NCBI GenBank assembly: GCA_965213625.1
Contig: CBDBZU010000004.1
Location: forward strand, 58,126-122,125
DNA: 64,000 bases
Direction of reading: 5' to 3'
Source: a bacterium
GTDB taxonomy: Bacteria; UBA8248
The number at the start of each line of letters is the position of its first letter. Position 1 is the first letter of the stretch. The translations under genes were made by a program, and so were the position numbers. The notes beneath the pieces are model-generated. The model saw nothing but the letters and a program-made list of their open reading frames with translations, searched no databases and was not told where the DNA came from. Positions 37,615 to 49,150 of the stretch are shown here, in pieces.

Positions 37615-39468
37615 TCATCCAGCAGCCCGCAGGCGGGGTCCAAGCCATATTCCCCAAGCCGCCAGCACGAGCAACCCCGTAAATGCGGCCGCCCACGCGA
37701 CCCCGCCAGTGGGGAACAGTATGACGGCCACGGCTACCACTCCATAAATCGCGCGCTCGGGGAGACGCAAAGGGCCTTTGAGATATCCGCTGAGCGCCAC
37801 CGCCCAGGCGCCCGTCGCGCAGAACAGCGAAACGCACGCAAGGGCGACCCAGCCCAAATCTCCCTGCCCCAGCAGCCTCGGGTCGAACGCGAAGGCGAAG
37901 GGTATCAGGAACGAAACGAGGCTCAGGCGAAAGGCGATGAGGCTCGTCTCCATCGAGCCCGCTCCTGAAATTCCCGCTGCGGTGAACGACGCCAGCGCCA
38001 CCGGCGGCGTGACCATCGAGAGCACGCAGTAGTACATGACGAAGAAATGGGCGGGAAGCTCTGCTATGCCTAAATCCTTGAGCGCAGGCGCGAACAGAAT
38101 CGCTCCGATGATGTAGGCGGCGACCGTCGGCAGGCCCATCCCCATGATGAGGCAGCCGATGATGATCAGGAACATGGCGAAAAACAGCTTGCCGCCCGAT
38201 GCGCCAATGAGCCCCGAGGAGAACTTGAGCGCCAGGTTCGACTGGATGGCGACGGCGATGATAATCCCGATGGCGGCGATGGGCACGGCAATTTCTGCGG
38301 CCTGTCGCGCGCCGTTCCGCACAACTTCGGCCCAGCCTGCGAGGCTCAGCCAGCTCCTGCGGCGAAAGTATGCGACCACGGCGCACGAAGCCGTACCGAT
38401 GACGGCGGCGTAGGTGGCCGAAAAACCCGCGACCAGCATGGCGATCAGCGCAAGCGGCGGAAGAAGAAGATAGAGCCTTCCCGCGATGGGTTCCTCGGGT
38501 GTCAGTTCGCTCGCCCCGAGCGCGAGCGCGCCCTCGGCCCGTGCCCGCAGGTCGATGAAGATGAAGATAGCGGCGTAGAACGCGAGTGCCGGGATGAGTC
38601 CCGCCACTGCGATGCGCGCGTAGGATATCTGCAGCAACTCCGCCATCACGAACGCGGCAATGCCCATGATGGGCGGCATGAGCTGGCCGCCTGTCGAAGC
38701 GATGGCCTCCACAGCGCCCGCGTGCGCAGGGCCGTAGCCGGTCTTTCGCATCAGCGGGATGGTGAAGACGCCCGTCGTCGCCACGTTCGCCACCGCGCTG
38801 CCGCTGATCGAACCCATCAGGCTCGAACTCACGACAGCGGCCTTCGCAGCGCCTCCGGCGAAGCGTCCCGCCACCTTGAGCGAGAGGTCGATGAACAACT
38901 GCCCGCCGCCTATCCCTGAGTAAACCGCACCGAAGAAAACGAAGTAGAAGACGAACTGCAGCGAAGTCGCCGTCGTGATCCCCAACACGCCGTTGGTCGT
39001 CATGGTCATGATCTCGACCACTTCGTCAATCGTGAAACCCCGGAAGCCGAGTGCGCCGGGCAGCATCTTGCCGACGAACGCATAGGCGAAAAATACGAGC
39101 AGAACGCCCAGAAGCGGCCAGCCCACCGTGCGGCGCACCCCCTCGAACAACAACACCATGATGAGCGCGAAGGCCGCCACGTCGACGGCGAGGACCGGGT
39201 CGATGGTCTCCATGCGTTCGGTGAGGCGTGTGGATGAGAGGGCGTAATAGGCGAAAACAGCCGCCGTGCCGGCGAGCAGCAGACCGTCCGTCAGGCGATT
39301 GCGCCGCGCCTGAGCGCCAGTTTTATTCAGTGGGTTAAAGAGCAGGACGAGCGCCAGCGCCAGAAGCAGGTGGATGGGCCGCTCGACCAGCGGCGCCTGC
39401 GGGTAGAAGACGATCCACATCTGGAACGCCAGCCAGACGCCGTCGATACCAAGCTTTTCCATGCGCAT
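37615..39468 (-). CDS. TRAP transporter fused permease (TAXI-type DctQM)
   Basis: 617-aa polytopic membrane protein immediately downstream of a TAXI solute receptor. Confidence 0.85.
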   Translation of the reverse strand: MRMEKLGIDGVWLAFQMWIVFYPQAPLVERPIHLLLALALVLLFNPLNKTGAQARRNRLTDGLLLAGTAAVFAYYALSSTRLTERMETIDPVLAVDVAAFALIMVLLFEGVRRTVGWPLLGVLLVFFAYAFVGKMLPGALGFRGFTIDEVVEIMTMTTNGVLGITTATSLQFVFYFVFFGAVYSGIGGGQLFIDLSLKVAGRFAGGAAKAAVVSSSLMGSISGSAVANVATTGVFTIPLMRKTGYGPAHAGAVEAIASTGGQLMPPIMGIAAFVMAELLQISYARIAVAGLIPALAFYAAIFIFIDLRARAEGALALGASELTPEEPIAGRLYLLLPPLALIAMLVAGFSATYAAVIGTASCAVVAYFRRRSWLSLAGWAEVVRNGARQAAEIAVPIAAIGIIIAVAIQSNLALKFSSGLIGASGGKLFFAMFLIIIGCLIMGMGLPTVAAYIIGAILFAPALKDLGIAELPAHFFVMYYCVLSMVTPPVALASFTAAGISGAGSMETSLIAFRLSLVSFLIPFAFAFDPRLLGQGDLGWVALACVSLFCATGAWAVALSGYLKGPLRLPERAIYGVVAVAVILFPTGGVAWAAAFTGLLVLAAWGIWLGPRLRAAG

Positions 39469-39542
39469 GGTTCATGAAACCCCGATGCGAGGAAACGGAG
39501 CGGAAGACGAAACTCGTCGTCCCCCGCCCCGTCGTGGTCGGT

Positions 39543-40556
39543 CTACAGCCAGCCTTTTTCCTTGAAATACTTCGCGGCGCCCGGATGGAGCGGCACCCCG
39601 ACGTTCGCCGTTTTGCCACCATTTTTGGGCTTGAAGAATCTCCAGGCCGCGTGGGCCTTGCCCATGGCCTTCTTGTTCTCGGCCAGCGTTTTCGTGATGG
39701 TGTAGGCGAGTGAATCCGACATGTCCTTGTGCGCGATGAGCACCGTTCCGAGGTCGACCGCCATTACCTTGCCCTTGATGCCCTTGAACCACTTGCCCGG
39801 CACGGCCGCCGTCCGCAGGCCATTGGCGGCGAGGGCCTTGAGCGCCTTTTGGGGGAAACTCAGGAAGCGCATCGCGTTGGTGGTCGTGACTTCCGTCACC
39901 GTCGGGTGCCTCGGGATGGCGACCTCGAAGTAGAGGTCCGCCCTGCCGTCCTTGATGATCGCCGGAATCTGGTTCGCGGCCACCTGGATAATCTTGCCGC
40001 CCCGCGCCTTCATGTCCTTGCGGCTGGTTCCCAGCGCGGCCATGAGCATGTCGGCGACGACGGGGACGGTGCTGCCCGCAGGCTTCATGACGATGCGCGC
40101 GGGCGGCTTGGAGAGCATCGCTTTTTCGAGCGTGTCGTTGCCCGTCCGCTTGATGTAGCTCTCCGTCACCATAGCTGTGACGCGCACCTTGTTCAGTCCG
40201 CCGATGAGCGCGCGGATGTTGTTGTGCTTTTGCTTGTATACACCCTTCAAGCCGTTGTATGCCCAAAGTGCGGAGGCGACGTTCGAAAGCGCGATGGTCG
40301 CCTTTTTCTTGTCCACGGCGGCGGGATTGCTCACGCCTCCGCCGCGCGCGATCACTTCGGGGTTGCTGCCCTTGGGCAGGCTGGGCTTGAGCAACTGCGC
40401 CAGCGTGGCGCCGAAGACGTACCAGGCCGAACCGGGCCGCATCGCGCCGATACTGAAAGAATCGGCGGCGTATGCCGCAGGGCCCGCGCCCGTTATCAGG
40501 GCCGTCAGTAAAAGGCCGAGCATCAACCCCTTGAAGCGCATTCTTTTTCTGAGCAT
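39543..40556 (-). CDS. TAXI-family TRAP transporter solute-binding protein
   Basis: Signal peptide; ~337 aa; C-terminus VPLHPGAAKYFKEKGWL, typical of the TAXI family. Confidence 0.85.
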   Translation of the reverse strand: MLRKRMRFKGLMLGLLLTALITGAGPAAYAADSFSIGAMRPGSAWYVFGATLAQLLKPSLPKGSNPEVIARGGGVSNPAAVDKKKATIALSNVASALWAYNGLKGVYKQKHNNIRALIGGLNKVRVTAMVTESYIKRTGNDTLEKAMLSKPPARIVMKPAGSTVPVVADMLMAALGTSRKDMKARGGKIIQVAANQIPAIIKDGRADLYFEVAIPRHPTVTEVTTTNAMRFLSFPQKALKALAANGLRTAAVPGKWFKGIKGKVMAVDLGTVLIAHKDMSDSLAYTITKTLAENKKAMGKAHAAWRFFKPKNGGKTANVGVPLHPGAAKYFKEKGWL

Positions 40557-40598
40557 GGGTTTCCTCCCCTCTTTGGTTTGTCCTTGAGAGACGAATGT

Positions 40599-41552
40599 TT
40601 ATCCGGTAGTCGCGGTTTCGAGTTTCAGCAGGCCCGATTGCTCCACGGCGTTTTTGATCGCCTCGAACGTGCGTCCCTTGGCCACCTCGCTCGGCGGACG
40701 CACGACGGGCGATTTGAAGCGCCCGGCGAGCACCATCGCCGTTTTCATGCGCGCGTGCGCCTCCCCTGAGGGCTCGCCGCTCGAATATACGACTTCCTTG
40801 AGCGGTAGAATCTGCGCCTGTATCTCCTGCGCGCGGTGCAGGTCGCCCGCCTTGACGGCCTCATAGAGCGCCACGATGAGGTCGGGAATGAACGAGGCGA
40901 ACCCGACGAGCGCGCCGTCCACGCCCTGCACCATCGAGGCGAGGAGATATTCGTCGTGACAGGTGAGGATCGTCGTATCGGGCGCGTTCTCGCGGATGGA
41001 GGCGATGTCGCGCGCGTATTGGGACATCTCGCGCGTGCCGACCTTGAAGCAGGTCACCCAGGGAATCCTCCCGAGTTCGCCCAGAAGCTCCGAGCTGTAG
41101 CTCGCCTTCGTCCACGCGGGATACACGTGCACCACCAGGTTCAGGTCGGACGCCTCGCCGACTGCCGTGAAGTAGTCGATGACGTGCTGCGGCCGGTGTC
41201 CGAAACGCAGCCAGTGGTGAAACGGCATCACGAGCAGCCCGTCGGCACCGGCTTCCCGGGCCATCTTGGCTTGTTCGATACCGTCGCGGATGCCCTCGCA
41301 CGCAAGACCCGAGATGACCGGCACGCTTCCGCCTACGGCGTCAGCGACGATCCGCGTCACCTCGGCGCGTTCGCGTGCGGTAAATGAGAATACCTCGCCC
41401 GTGTGGCCGTTGGTGACGAGCCCGTTCACACCCTCGAATCCGGCCAGCCACCGGGAAAAACGGCGAAGCTCGGCCTCATCAATATCCATGTTGTCCAGCA
41501 TGGGAACCTGCATCGCGGGCAGGATTCCCGAATAGCTTCTGCGTTCCACCAT
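40599..41552 (-). CDS. Dihydrodipicolinate synthase/N-acetylneuraminate lyase family aldolase
   Basis: GLVTNGHTGE, LLVMPFHHW, ~317 aa; DapA-family layout. Confidence 0.8.
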   Translation of the reverse strand: MVERRSYSGILPAMQVPMLDNMDIDEAELRRFSRWLAGFEGVNGLVTNGHTGEVFSFTARERAEVTRIVADAVGGSVPVISGLACEGIRDGIEQAKMAREAGADGLLVMPFHHWLRFGHRPQHVIDYFTAVGEASDLNLVVHVYPAWTKASYSSELLGELGRIPWVTCFKVGTREMSQYARDIASIRENAPDTTILTCHDEYLLASMVQGVDGALVGFASFIPDLIVALYEAVKAGDLHRAQEIQAQILPLKEVVYSSGEPSGEAHARMKTAMVLAGRFKSPVVRPPSEVAKGRTFEAIKNAVEQSGLLKLETATTG

Positions 41553-41775
41553 ATCGTGCTCTCCTTCTTGACGTTTCCGCCGCCGGGTTCTGCGGCGAAA
41601 TAAACGGATTTTTCAGCGCCGGGGCGCTCATCTGTCGAACCAATGGTAGTCGGTTATTTTAGCCGAGCGGATATGAAATGCAATCGGGAGACTCGATCCT
41701 CACTTCATCTACAGCAAGGAATTCCCGGCTCACGCCTCTCGACCGGCCATTTTCTGTGAAACCAGTACGCCCGCC

Positions 41776-43302
41776 TTAGTCATCGATAACGCTCACCTCT
41801 GGCTCCAGTTCCATCAGAGCGGCCAGGGCCTCGAAGCGGCGCACGACGACCTCGCCTAGCATATTCCGGTCGCGGCGGCGGTACTTCAGCTTGAGAGAAC
41901 CCCGGCGCGTCGACGGCTTGACCGAAAAACGCCCCAGCAGGCCGGGAACGCCGCCGCACAGAGTCTCGCCCAGGCGCACGGCGGAGCCGATGATGCGCGC
42001 GCGACCGGCGGTCTCCTCATCCAGCAGCCGCACGACGGTGCGCAATTCCCCTTGGGTATCCCGGCTCGTATAACGCCCGTAAACGGCCAGCGCGAGAAAC
42101 ACCCGCTCCTCGTGGCTGACGTGTAATGCGCGCGCATGCAGCACCTCGGCGCAGGCCTGGGCGGCCCGGTAATCGGGGTGCACCCGCCAGCCGACGTCGC
42201 TGAGCAGGCAGACGGCGTGACGCAGGCGCAGCTCGGACGCGCTCTCGCTGGGAAAAAGGCTTTCCGTCCACTCGAGCAGTTCAGGAGCATGGTCGGGAAA
42301 CCGCGCGGTGCGGGAATGAATGTCGCCCACCGCACTGAGCAGCGGGTCCTCGTTCCGGACCCGCTTCCCCAGACAAGCATAAGCGAGTCCCTCGCGCAGA
42401 CCGTGCGCGGAGAAGACGACGTCACGCGGCGCAGTGACCGCCAGCAGGCGTTCCATCACAAGTGCGGCGAGCGGCAGCAAATCGAGCCGCCTGCCCGATA
42501 CGCCCCGAATTCCCGTCAGCGATTCCCGGCTCTGGCGGGATATCAGATCGGCGATTTGCTCGAGGTCGCCGCGGCTCAGCCGGTAATGATGAATGATGTT
42601 GAGCGGATAGCCCGAATGCGACATGTGGGCGTGCGCCAAAGCCCGCCAGTTGCCGCCGACGGCATAGAAAGTACGCTTGCGCATTTTGGTGAGCCAGGGC
42701 AACTCGGCCAAAGCCTCTTCGATAATCTTGCGCGCGCGCTTGCGCTGGCCGCCCGAGGCGGCGAAGAGGTTGAGCGGCCCGAGGGGCAGCGTCGCCTGCT
42801 CGGATATAACGCCATCGACCAGGTGGACCAGTTCGAGGCTGCCGCCGCCCAGGTCGCCCACGACGCCGTCCGCCCCCGGCGCTCCGCTCAACACGCCGAG
42901 CGCCGCCATCTCCGCTTCTTCGGCGCCGGAGAGCACACGCACGCGAAAACCGCACCGCCGCTCCACCTCGTCGACGAACTTGGCCCCATCCTCGGCGTCG
43001 CGCACCGCCGCGGTGGCGATGGCGTCGAAGCGCGTCACCCCCATCGCGCGCAACAGGACGCCAAAGCGCTCGATGTTCAGGAGCGCCTGTTCGATGCCTT
43101 CCGGATTGAGCCTGCCGGTATCGTGTAAATTGCGGCCCAGGCCGCACAGGATTCTTTCGTTGAACAGAGGCAGGGGCGCGCGCAGCAACCCCTCGAACAC
43201 GACCAGTCGGATCGAGTTGGAACCAATGTCGATTACGCCGTAGCGTTCGTGAGAGCCGGTCGCCTCATCGACGAGGCCTGGTCGTTCAACCGTCTTCCGC
43301 AA
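41776..43302 (-). CDS. ppx: Exopolyphosphatase Ppx/GppA
   Basis: [17 protein letters not shown]...[10 protein letters not shown]...; ~508 aa; overlaps the ppk stop by 17 nt. Confidence 0.85.
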   Translation of the reverse strand: MRKTVERPGLVDEATGSHERYGVIDIGSNSIRLVVFEGLLRAPLPLFNERILCGLGRNLHDTGRLNPEGIEQALLNIERFGVLLRAMGVTRFDAIATAAVRDAEDGAKFVDEVERRCGFRVRVLSGAEEAEMAALGVLSGAPGADGVVGDLGGGSLELVHLVDGVISEQATLPLGPLNLFAASGGQRKRARKIIEEALAELPWLTKMRKRTFYAVGGNWRALAHAHMSHSGYPLNIIHHYRLSRGDLEQIADLISRQSRESLTGIRGVSGRRLDLLPLAALVMERLLAVTAPRDVVFSAHGLREGLAYACLGKRVRNEDPLLSAVGDIHSRTARFPDHAPELLEWTESLFPSESASELRLRHAVCLLSDVGWRVHPDYRAAQACAEVLHARALHVSHEERVFLALAVYGRYTSRDTQGELRTVVRLLDEETAGRARIIGSAVRLGETLCGGVPGLLGRFSVKPSTRRGSLKLKYRRRDRNMLGEVVVRRFEALAALMELEPEVSVIDD

Positions 43303-45445
43303 TACGCAACCTCGCCGGGCCGCCGGCCCGCCTGAGCGCGCTTCCGCGACCGGACAGACTCGGATTTGTCATGAAATAGGTGTGCGCCGTAAAATCTTCT
43401 TCCCCGAGCGGCGCGCGCTCGTAGTCGCCGTCGCCGGCCATGTTCCAGCTTTGCGCATCGTCCTTGTAATTCGCCACCATGATCTGGTCGAGCACCTGCT
43501 GGTGCACGGTATCGTTCTCTATCGGCACCAGCACCTCGCAGCGGCGGTCGAAATTGCGCGGCATCCAGTCGGCCGAGGTGATGAACACCTTCGCGTGAGG
43601 CGAGGGCAGCGGGTGGCCGTTGGCGAAACACACGATGCGCGAATGCTCCAGAAAACGCCCGATGATGCTCTTGACCCGGATGTTCTCCGACAAACCCGGC
43701 ACGCCCGGACGCAGGCAGCAGATGCCGCGCACCACCAGGTCGACCTGCACGCCTGCGGCGCTCGCCTGGTAGAGCTTGTCGATCACCGTCCCGTCGACGA
43801 GAGAATTCATCTTCGCCCACACCCCCGCCGGCCGGCCCGCTTCGGCGTTGGCTATCTCATCGTCAATCATCTCCAGGACGGATTTCCGAAGCCCCGAGGG
43901 CGCCACGGCGACGCACTCGAAACTTGCCGGCAGCGCATAGCCGGTCGTCAGGTTGAACACTTGCGCGGCGTCATGGGCGAGACGCTCATCGCAGGTGAAA
44001 AACGAGAGGTCCGTATAAATGCGTGCGGTAATCGGATGGTAGTTGCCTGTGCCGAAGTGCACGTAGCTCCGCAGATCTTCTCCCTCGCGCCGCACGACGC
44101 AGGTGACCTTGGCGTGGGTCTTGAGCTTCATGAAGCCATAGACCACGTGGACGCCGGCGCGCTCCAGCGAGCGAGAGAGCTTGAGGTTGGTCTCCTCATC
44201 GAAGCGCGCCTTGAGTTCCACCATCGCGGTGACCGATTTGCCCGATTCCGCCGCCGCAATGAGCGCCCTGACGATGGGCGACTCGTCAGTCGTCCGGTAG
44301 AGCGTCTGCTTGATGGCCAGCACGTTCGGGTCGGCCGCCGCCTGCTCGAGAAACTGCACCACCACGTCGAAACTCTCGTAGGGGTGGTGGACGACAATGT
44401 CCTTGTGGCGGATCGCCGCGAAGCAATCGTTGTCGTACTCGCGGATGCGCTCGGGAAAGCGCGCCCGGTACTCAGGGAAAATCAGGTCCGGCCGCCCGCA
44501 ATCGATTAGCTCATCGAGTTGCGCCATGCCGATGGTGCCGGTCAGTTCCACGATGTCATCGGGCTGCGCGTCGAACTCGTCAATCACCAGCTCGCGCAGC
44601 GAATCCGGCATATCGGCGCTCAGGTTCAGGCGCACCACACCACCGAGCCTTCGCCTGCGCAGCATGGTCTCGAACAACAGGACGAGGTCTTCGGCCTCTT
44701 CTTCATATTCGATATCGCTGTCGCGGATGAGGCGGAACACGCCGCTGCCGACGATCCGGTAGCCGGGGAACAGCTGATCGATGAACAGTCGCACCAGATT
44801 CTCCAGCGCGATGAAGCGGACCTCCTCTCCCGGCAGGCGTATGAAGCGGCGCACCTGATCGGGCAGCGGCACCAGCGCCCGCATCTTCCGGGCGCCCTCG
44901 ATGGCTTCGAGCTCCAGCGCCAGGGAGAATCCGCGATTTGCAATGAAGGGAAACGGGTGCGCCGGGTCGATGGCGAGCGGCGTCAGCACGGGGAAGACCT
45001 GCTTGAGGAAGTAGTCGCCCAGCCATTCGACCTCCTCCGCACTCAAGTCTTTTGCAGCGACCACCGATATACCGACCTCGGCGAGTTCAACTTGTAAACG
45101 CCGCCACACCGCTTCCTGTTCGCGAATCAGCCGCGCGCTCTCCCGGGAGACTTCGGCCAACTGCTCGGCGGGCGTGCGGCCATCGAGGCTTTTCTGGGTC
45201 ACGCCGTTCGCCACCTGTCCCTTGAGGCCCGCCAGACGCACCATGAAGAATTCATCGAGGTTGCTCGCCGAAATCGAGAGGAAGCGCAGGCGCTCGAGCA
45301 CGGGGTGGCGGGGGTTGCTCGCCTCAGCGAGCACGCGCCAGTTGAAGGAGAGCCAGGAAAGCTCGCGATTCAGATAGCGGCGGCGCGGATCGAGGATAGG
45401 CTCGGCGGCGACGGCGGAGGATTCATCTTCGGCCAGGCGCGACAT
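43286..45445 (-). CDS. ppk: Polyphosphate kinase 1
   Basis: [73 protein letters not shown]. Start chosen at MSRLAED (45445). Confidence 0.9.
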   Translation of the reverse strand: MSRLAEDESSAVAAEPILDPRRRYLNRELSWLSFNWRVLAEASNPRHPVLERLRFLSISASNLDEFFMVRLAGLKGQVANGVTQKSLDGRTPAEQLAEVSRESARLIREQEAVWRRLQVELAEVGISVVAAKDLSAEEVEWLGDYFLKQVFPVLTPLAIDPAHPFPFIANRGFSLALELEAIEGARKMRALVPLPDQVRRFIRLPGEEVRFIALENLVRLFIDQLFPGYRIVGSGVFRLIRDSDIEYEEEAEDLVLLFETMLRRRRLGGVVRLNLSADMPDSLRELVIDEFDAQPDDIVELTGTIGMAQLDELIDCGRPDLIFPEYRARFPERIREYDNDCFAAIRHKDIVVHHPYESFDVVVQFLEQAAADPNVLAIKQTLYRTTDESPIVRALIAAAESGKSVTAMVELKARFDEETNLKLSRSLERAGVHVVYGFMKLKTHAKVTCVVRREGEDLRSYVHFGTGNYHPITARIYTDLSFFTCDERLAHDAAQVFNLTTGYALPASFECVAVAPSGLRKSVLEMIDDEIANAEAGRPAGVWAKMNSLVDGTVIDKLYQASAAGVQVDLVVRGICCLRPGVPGLSENIRVKSIIGRFLEHSRIVCFANGHPLPSPHAKVFITSADWMPRNFDRRCEVLVPIENDTVHQQVLDQIMVANYKDDAQSWNMAGDGDYERAPLGEEDFTAHTYFMTNPSLSGRGSALRRAGGPARLRIAEDG

Positions 45446-45683
45446 GCTCTGCGTCCTCTTTGGATGCCTTGTGGAACATACCGAATCAAGGCGACGCGAA
45501 CCCGGACGGATTGTTCGTAACAACCGGAAAGACCCGGGCGACGCCGCCTCGAAGTCGGACGCATTGTAATCCGCGTGAATTGCGGAATGCAATGGAGCGC
45601 AGGGCTAAGATGGTTTGGAATTCAAGAGAATTGGGTGAACATGGCGGTGAACGTAAAGATGTGACCACATCACGGCCACCATA

Positions 45684-45935
45684 CTAGTTTCCGAACAGGC
45701 GCTGATTCACTTCATCCCGCGTCAGTCCAAAGCGCACAGCGACATCGGATACTATCGCGCTTAAAGTGCCCACACGTATATGGCTATGTTTCGGGATAGT
45801 GACGTTATGCTCCGCCCCCTGGACTACGGCAGTCAGTGTCATGTGACTGCCTTTCTGGCGAGCGTGTCGATAGCCGAAGTGGCGTCTTAACAACCCGGCC
45901 AACTCATCACCGGATATATCACGGGGCAATCTCAT
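45684..45935 (-). CDS. hicA: HicA-family toxin
   Basis: LPRDISGDELAGLLRRHFGYRHARQKGSHMTL...VTIPKH..IRVGTLSAIV. The start overlaps the hicB stop by 4 nt. Confidence 0.6.
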   Translation of the reverse strand: MRLPRDISGDELAGLLRRHFGYRHARQKGSHMTLTAVVQGAEHNVTIPKHSHIRVGTLSAIVSDVAVRFGLTRDEVNQRLFGN

Positions 45936-46144
45936 ACTGCGATAACTTCGTCCTTGACGAGATGTAACCTGACTATTCCGGGCGCGTCCTCTTCCCCGAA
46001 ATGGCAAAGCACCGCTTCTCTGACCATAGACTTCAGGTCGTCCCAGTCCTTCCCCTGGGTGAAGATACTGTAGCCCAGCGCCTTGGCGTCATAGCCGCCT
46101 TCTACGGCTTCGGTCACTTCGAAAATTACTTCGCTTGGTTTCAT
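45932..46144 (-). CDS. hicB: HicB-like (UPF0150) antitoxin
   Basis: VIFEVTEAVEGGYDAKALGYSIFTQGKDWDDLKSMVREAV matches the HicB N-terminal fold pattern. The gene is translationally coupled to hicA. Confidence 0.55.
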   Translation of the reverse strand: MKPSEVIFEVTEAVEGGYDAKALGYSIFTQGKDWDDLKSMVREAVLCHFGEEDAPGIVRLHLVKDEVIAV

Positions 46145-46636
46145 CATCAGCCTCGCGTTCACGAAAAACAAAATATAGCAAGTAATGGTTTAGCAAACTA
46201 GCCCAAATGAGGATGCCTGAGCCAATACTTTCATCTCAAAAACTTACCCATCCTCATTGAAACCGGTTTGGAGGGCAGTATGAAGTACGATGACCTCCCC
46301 TTCATTCGGCCCGGACCGGCCGGGTTCTGATCAATGCGAAGCTCACACCGGCCGACACGCATTTTCTCCATATTGACGGAGATTCGTCTTGTTCCCGTAT
46401 TTCATGAATCACCCGCATTCAAACCCGCATCCCGGCGCATATTCGGGGTCGACGTGAATAAGGTTTTCCGGCGCCCGGCGGTCCCGACAATCCTGACCTC
46501 GGTTGTAACGCTCGCTGCTTCGCAGAAAGGACTTTTTCGCCTACGATGGGGCTATGCCGAGAGAGAGGCGGAAGCCCCGCCCCCGAACCTCGATCATATC
46601 GCCGAGCCCGGTCTAAAACGTCTTAAGGAGCGAGAA

Positions 46637-48151
46637 ATGCAAACGAGACCGAACGTCCTCTTGATCAATACCGACCACTGGTCCTCGCCCCTGCTTGGGG
46701 CGGCGGGGCACCCCTGCATCCTGACGCCGACGCTCGACACCTTCTGCAAAAACGGCGTGCGCTTCACGAACGCTTATTCCGAACACCCGTTCTGCATACC
46801 GGCGAGGCGGTCGCTCATGACCGGCGCCAGCGCCCGCGCCCACGGCGACCGCGTTTTCAGCCCGACGATGCTGATGCCCGACCACCTGCCGACGATGGCG
46901 CAGACCTTCCGCGACGCGGGCTATCAGGCGTACGCAGTGGGGAAGATTCACGTATATCCCCAGCGCGATCGCATCGGCTTCGACGACGTCATCCTGGACG
47001 ATGAGGGCCGCTCGATTTACAACGTCGCGGATGATTACGACATTTATCTCGGCGACATCGGCTACACGGGCCGCCAGTTCGATCACGGCATGGGGAACAA
47101 CCAGTACACCTACCGGGCATGGCATCTGCCCGAGGCGACGCACCCCACGAACTGGACCACCCGCATGATGGCGCGCACAATCAAGAGGCGCGACCCGATG
47201 CGGCCGGCTTTCTGGTATCTCTCCTACCGCCATCCGCATCCGCCGCTCGTGCCGCTGCAGGCCTACCTGGATATCTACCGCGATATTCCCATCGACGAGC
47301 CGTTCGTGGGCGAATGGGCGCGCGAGCGCGACAGGCTCCCCTATAACGCGCAGGCCACCCAGTCGCGCGGCGACCTGTACGGTGAAGGGGCGATTATCGA
47401 CGCGCGCCGGGCGTTCTACGCGCTGTGCACCCATATCGAGCACCAGATCCGGATCATCATCGGCACCCTGCGCGAGGAAAGCCTCACCAACGACACGATA
47501 ATCTGCTTCACGTCCGATCACGGCGACATGCTCGGCAACCACGGCATGTGGGCCAAGCGCGTCTTCTACGAATACTCCGCCGGGATTCCGATGATCCTGG
47601 CGGGTCTCCCGGACGATGCACGCGTAGGCTCGGGCCGCGTCGACGACCGCCTCGTCTGCCTGCAGGACGTCATGCCCACCCTGCTCGACCTATGCGACAT
47701 CGATATCCCCGAGACGGTGGAGGGCCTCTCGATGGTCGGCGAGGAGAAGCGGGAATTCCTCTTCGGCGAGGCGGGCGAGGATGCGCATTGCTCCCGAATG
47801 GTTCACGACGGGCGCCACAAGCTCATCTACTACCCGGTCGGACACTTCTTCCAGCTCTTCGATTTACAAGTTGACCCGAACGAACTCGTGGACCTCTTCA
47901 CGGACCCCGACTACGCTGACGTACTATCCCGGTTGAGTGAGACGCTGGAGGGACAGATGTACGGAAGCGACGAAAAGTGGCTCGAAAACGGAAAGCTCGT
48001 CGGCGAGCCGGGCCGGCGGTTCAAGCCTGGCCCCGACCGCACGCTGTCCGCCATGCGCGGAGACCAGTGGCCGTTTCCCCCGGCCACCGAAGAAGGCTTT
48101 CTGGAGTGGTTCCCGGAGACGAAGAGCAAGGAGACCGACGACGCCGGTTGA
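46637..48151 (+). CDS. Sulfatase (formylglycine-dependent arylsulfatase family)
   Basis: Start at MQTRPNVLLINTDHW, behind AAGGAG. CxPxR motif in PFCIPARRSLMTG; FTSDHGDMLGNHG. Confidence 0.85.
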   Translation: MQTRPNVLLINTDHWSSPLLGAAGHPCILTPTLDTFCKNGVRFTNAYSEHPFCIPARRSLMTGASARAHGDRVFSPTMLMPDHLPTMAQTFRDAGYQAYAVGKIHVYPQRDRIGFDDVILDDEGRSIYNVADDYDIYLGDIGYTGRQFDHGMGNNQYTYRAWHLPEATHPTNWTTRMMARTIKRRDPMRPAFWYLSYRHPHPPLVPLQAYLDIYRDIPIDEPFVGEWARERDRLPYNAQATQSRGDLYGEGAIIDARRAFYALCTHIEHQIRIIIGTLREESLTNDTIICFTSDHGDMLGNHGMWAKRVFYEYSAGIPMILAGLPDDARVGSGRVDDRLVCLQDVMPTLLDLCDIDIPETVEGLSMVGEEKREFLFGEAGEDAHCSRMVHDGRHKLIYYPVGHFFQLFDLQVDPNELVDLFTDPDYADVLSRLSETLEGQMYGSDEKWLENGKLVGEPGRRFKPGPDRTLSAMRGDQWPFPPATEEGFLEWFPETKSKETDDAG

Positions 48152-48221
48152 GGGGCCTGAGTGAATCTCGGCAGGGGGGGTAATTACACGGCGTCTTTTC
48201 GTTCCTGAGAAGTCAGTTTGG

Positions 48222-48288
48222 TTGTATTTCTGGTGGAGACGGCGGGGAATCGCGCAAGGCTACCGTCGCGGGCGTCTTCGCGCGCCTA
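48222..48288 (-). pseudogene. Degenerate copy of the tmRNA 3' end (T-loop deleted)
   Basis: Aligns with 49143-49215 at roughly 85% identity, including the 8 nt beyond the CCA end (ttgtattt), but has a 10-nt deletion (aacccgcgtc) that removes the T-loop. Confidence 0.6.
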
Positions 48289-49101
48289 TTCGTCGAGTTG
48301 CGCGCTCTTCACGATGTATCCGCCGGACTTTTTGTCGAATTCCAGTTTCAGCATCCCGCGGGCTTTCGCGTCTTCGAGCAAGTGTTTGAACGTTTTGTAT
48401 CCGTGATAGGATTCGCTGAATCCCGGTTTGCGGCGTTTCAGGGCCTGCTTCACCATCGATCCCCAGACCTTTTCTTCCTCGCCCCGCTCCCGGGACAAGT
48501 CCTCGGTCGTCTCCAGGACCAGATTGAGCCCTTCCAGCCGTTTTTCCTCGTCGCCGTCGACGACTTTCTTTCTTCCGGCGCGGGCGGTCGGCCGCTTCCG
48601 TTTGGCCTTTCCCTGTTTTTCGGTCTCGCGCATCAAGTCGTCGTAAAAGATGAACTCGTCGCAGCTCGAGGTCAGCAAGTCGGAGGTCGAGTTCTTTACG
48701 CCGACGCCGACAACCACCTTGTTGTTCTCGCGGAGCTTGCTGACCAAAGGCGAAAAATCGGAATCGCCGCTGATAATCACGAAAGTATCGACGTGCGCCT
48801 TGGTATAGCAGAGGTCCAATGCGTCGACGACCATGCGGATGTCGGCGGAGTTCTTGCCGGACATGCGGACATGCGGTATTTCGATCAACTCGAAGGCCGC
48901 CTCGTGCATGGGAGCCTTGAATTCCTTGTAGCGCGCCCAGTTGCAATATGCCTTCTTGACGACAATGCTGCCCCTGAGCAGTAAGCGCTCCAGCACTCTT
49001 TGAATATCAAAATCCGCGTATTTGGCTTCGCGCACGCCAAGGGCGATATTTTCGAAATCACAAAACAGAGCCAAGTTCTGAATCGTGCTTTTTTCGTTCA
49101 T
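48286..49101 (-). CDS. NYN (LabA-like) ribonuclease-domain protein with a C-terminal OST-HTH/LOTUS domain
   Basis: LALFCDFENI...KAYCNW...NSADIRMVVDALDL...FVIISGDSDFSPLVSKLRENNKVVVGVG (NYN). A basic linker follows, then VWGSMVKQALKRRKPGFSESYHGYKTFKHLLEDAKARGMLKL (OST-HTH-like). Confidence 0.8.
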   Translation of the reverse strand: MNEKSTIQNLALFCDFENIALGVREAKYADFDIQRVLERLLLRGSIVVKKAYCNWARYKEFKAPMHEAAFELIEIPHVRMSGKNSADIRMVVDALDLCYTKAHVDTFVIISGDSDFSPLVSKLRENNKVVVGVGVKNSTSDLLTSSCDEFIFYDDLMRETEKQGKAKRKRPTARAGRKKVVDGDEEKRLEGLNLVLETTEDLSRERGEEEKVWGSMVKQALKRRKPGFSESYHGYKTFKHLLEDAKARGMLKLEFDKKSGGYIVKSAQLDE

Positions 49102-49150
49102 TTAAACTCCTGTTCGATTGGCGGCGCATGGCGCCGCCAGTATTGTATTT

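Noticed and set aside
49120-49138. GC-rich palindrome GGCGGCGCATGGCGCCGCC just downstream of the tmRNA 3' end, as a possible intrinsic terminator
   Set aside because: On the transcribed (minus) strand it is not followed by a U-tract; the T-run lies on the plus-strand side. It may still act as a processing or termination hairpin, but I cannot support a terminator call.
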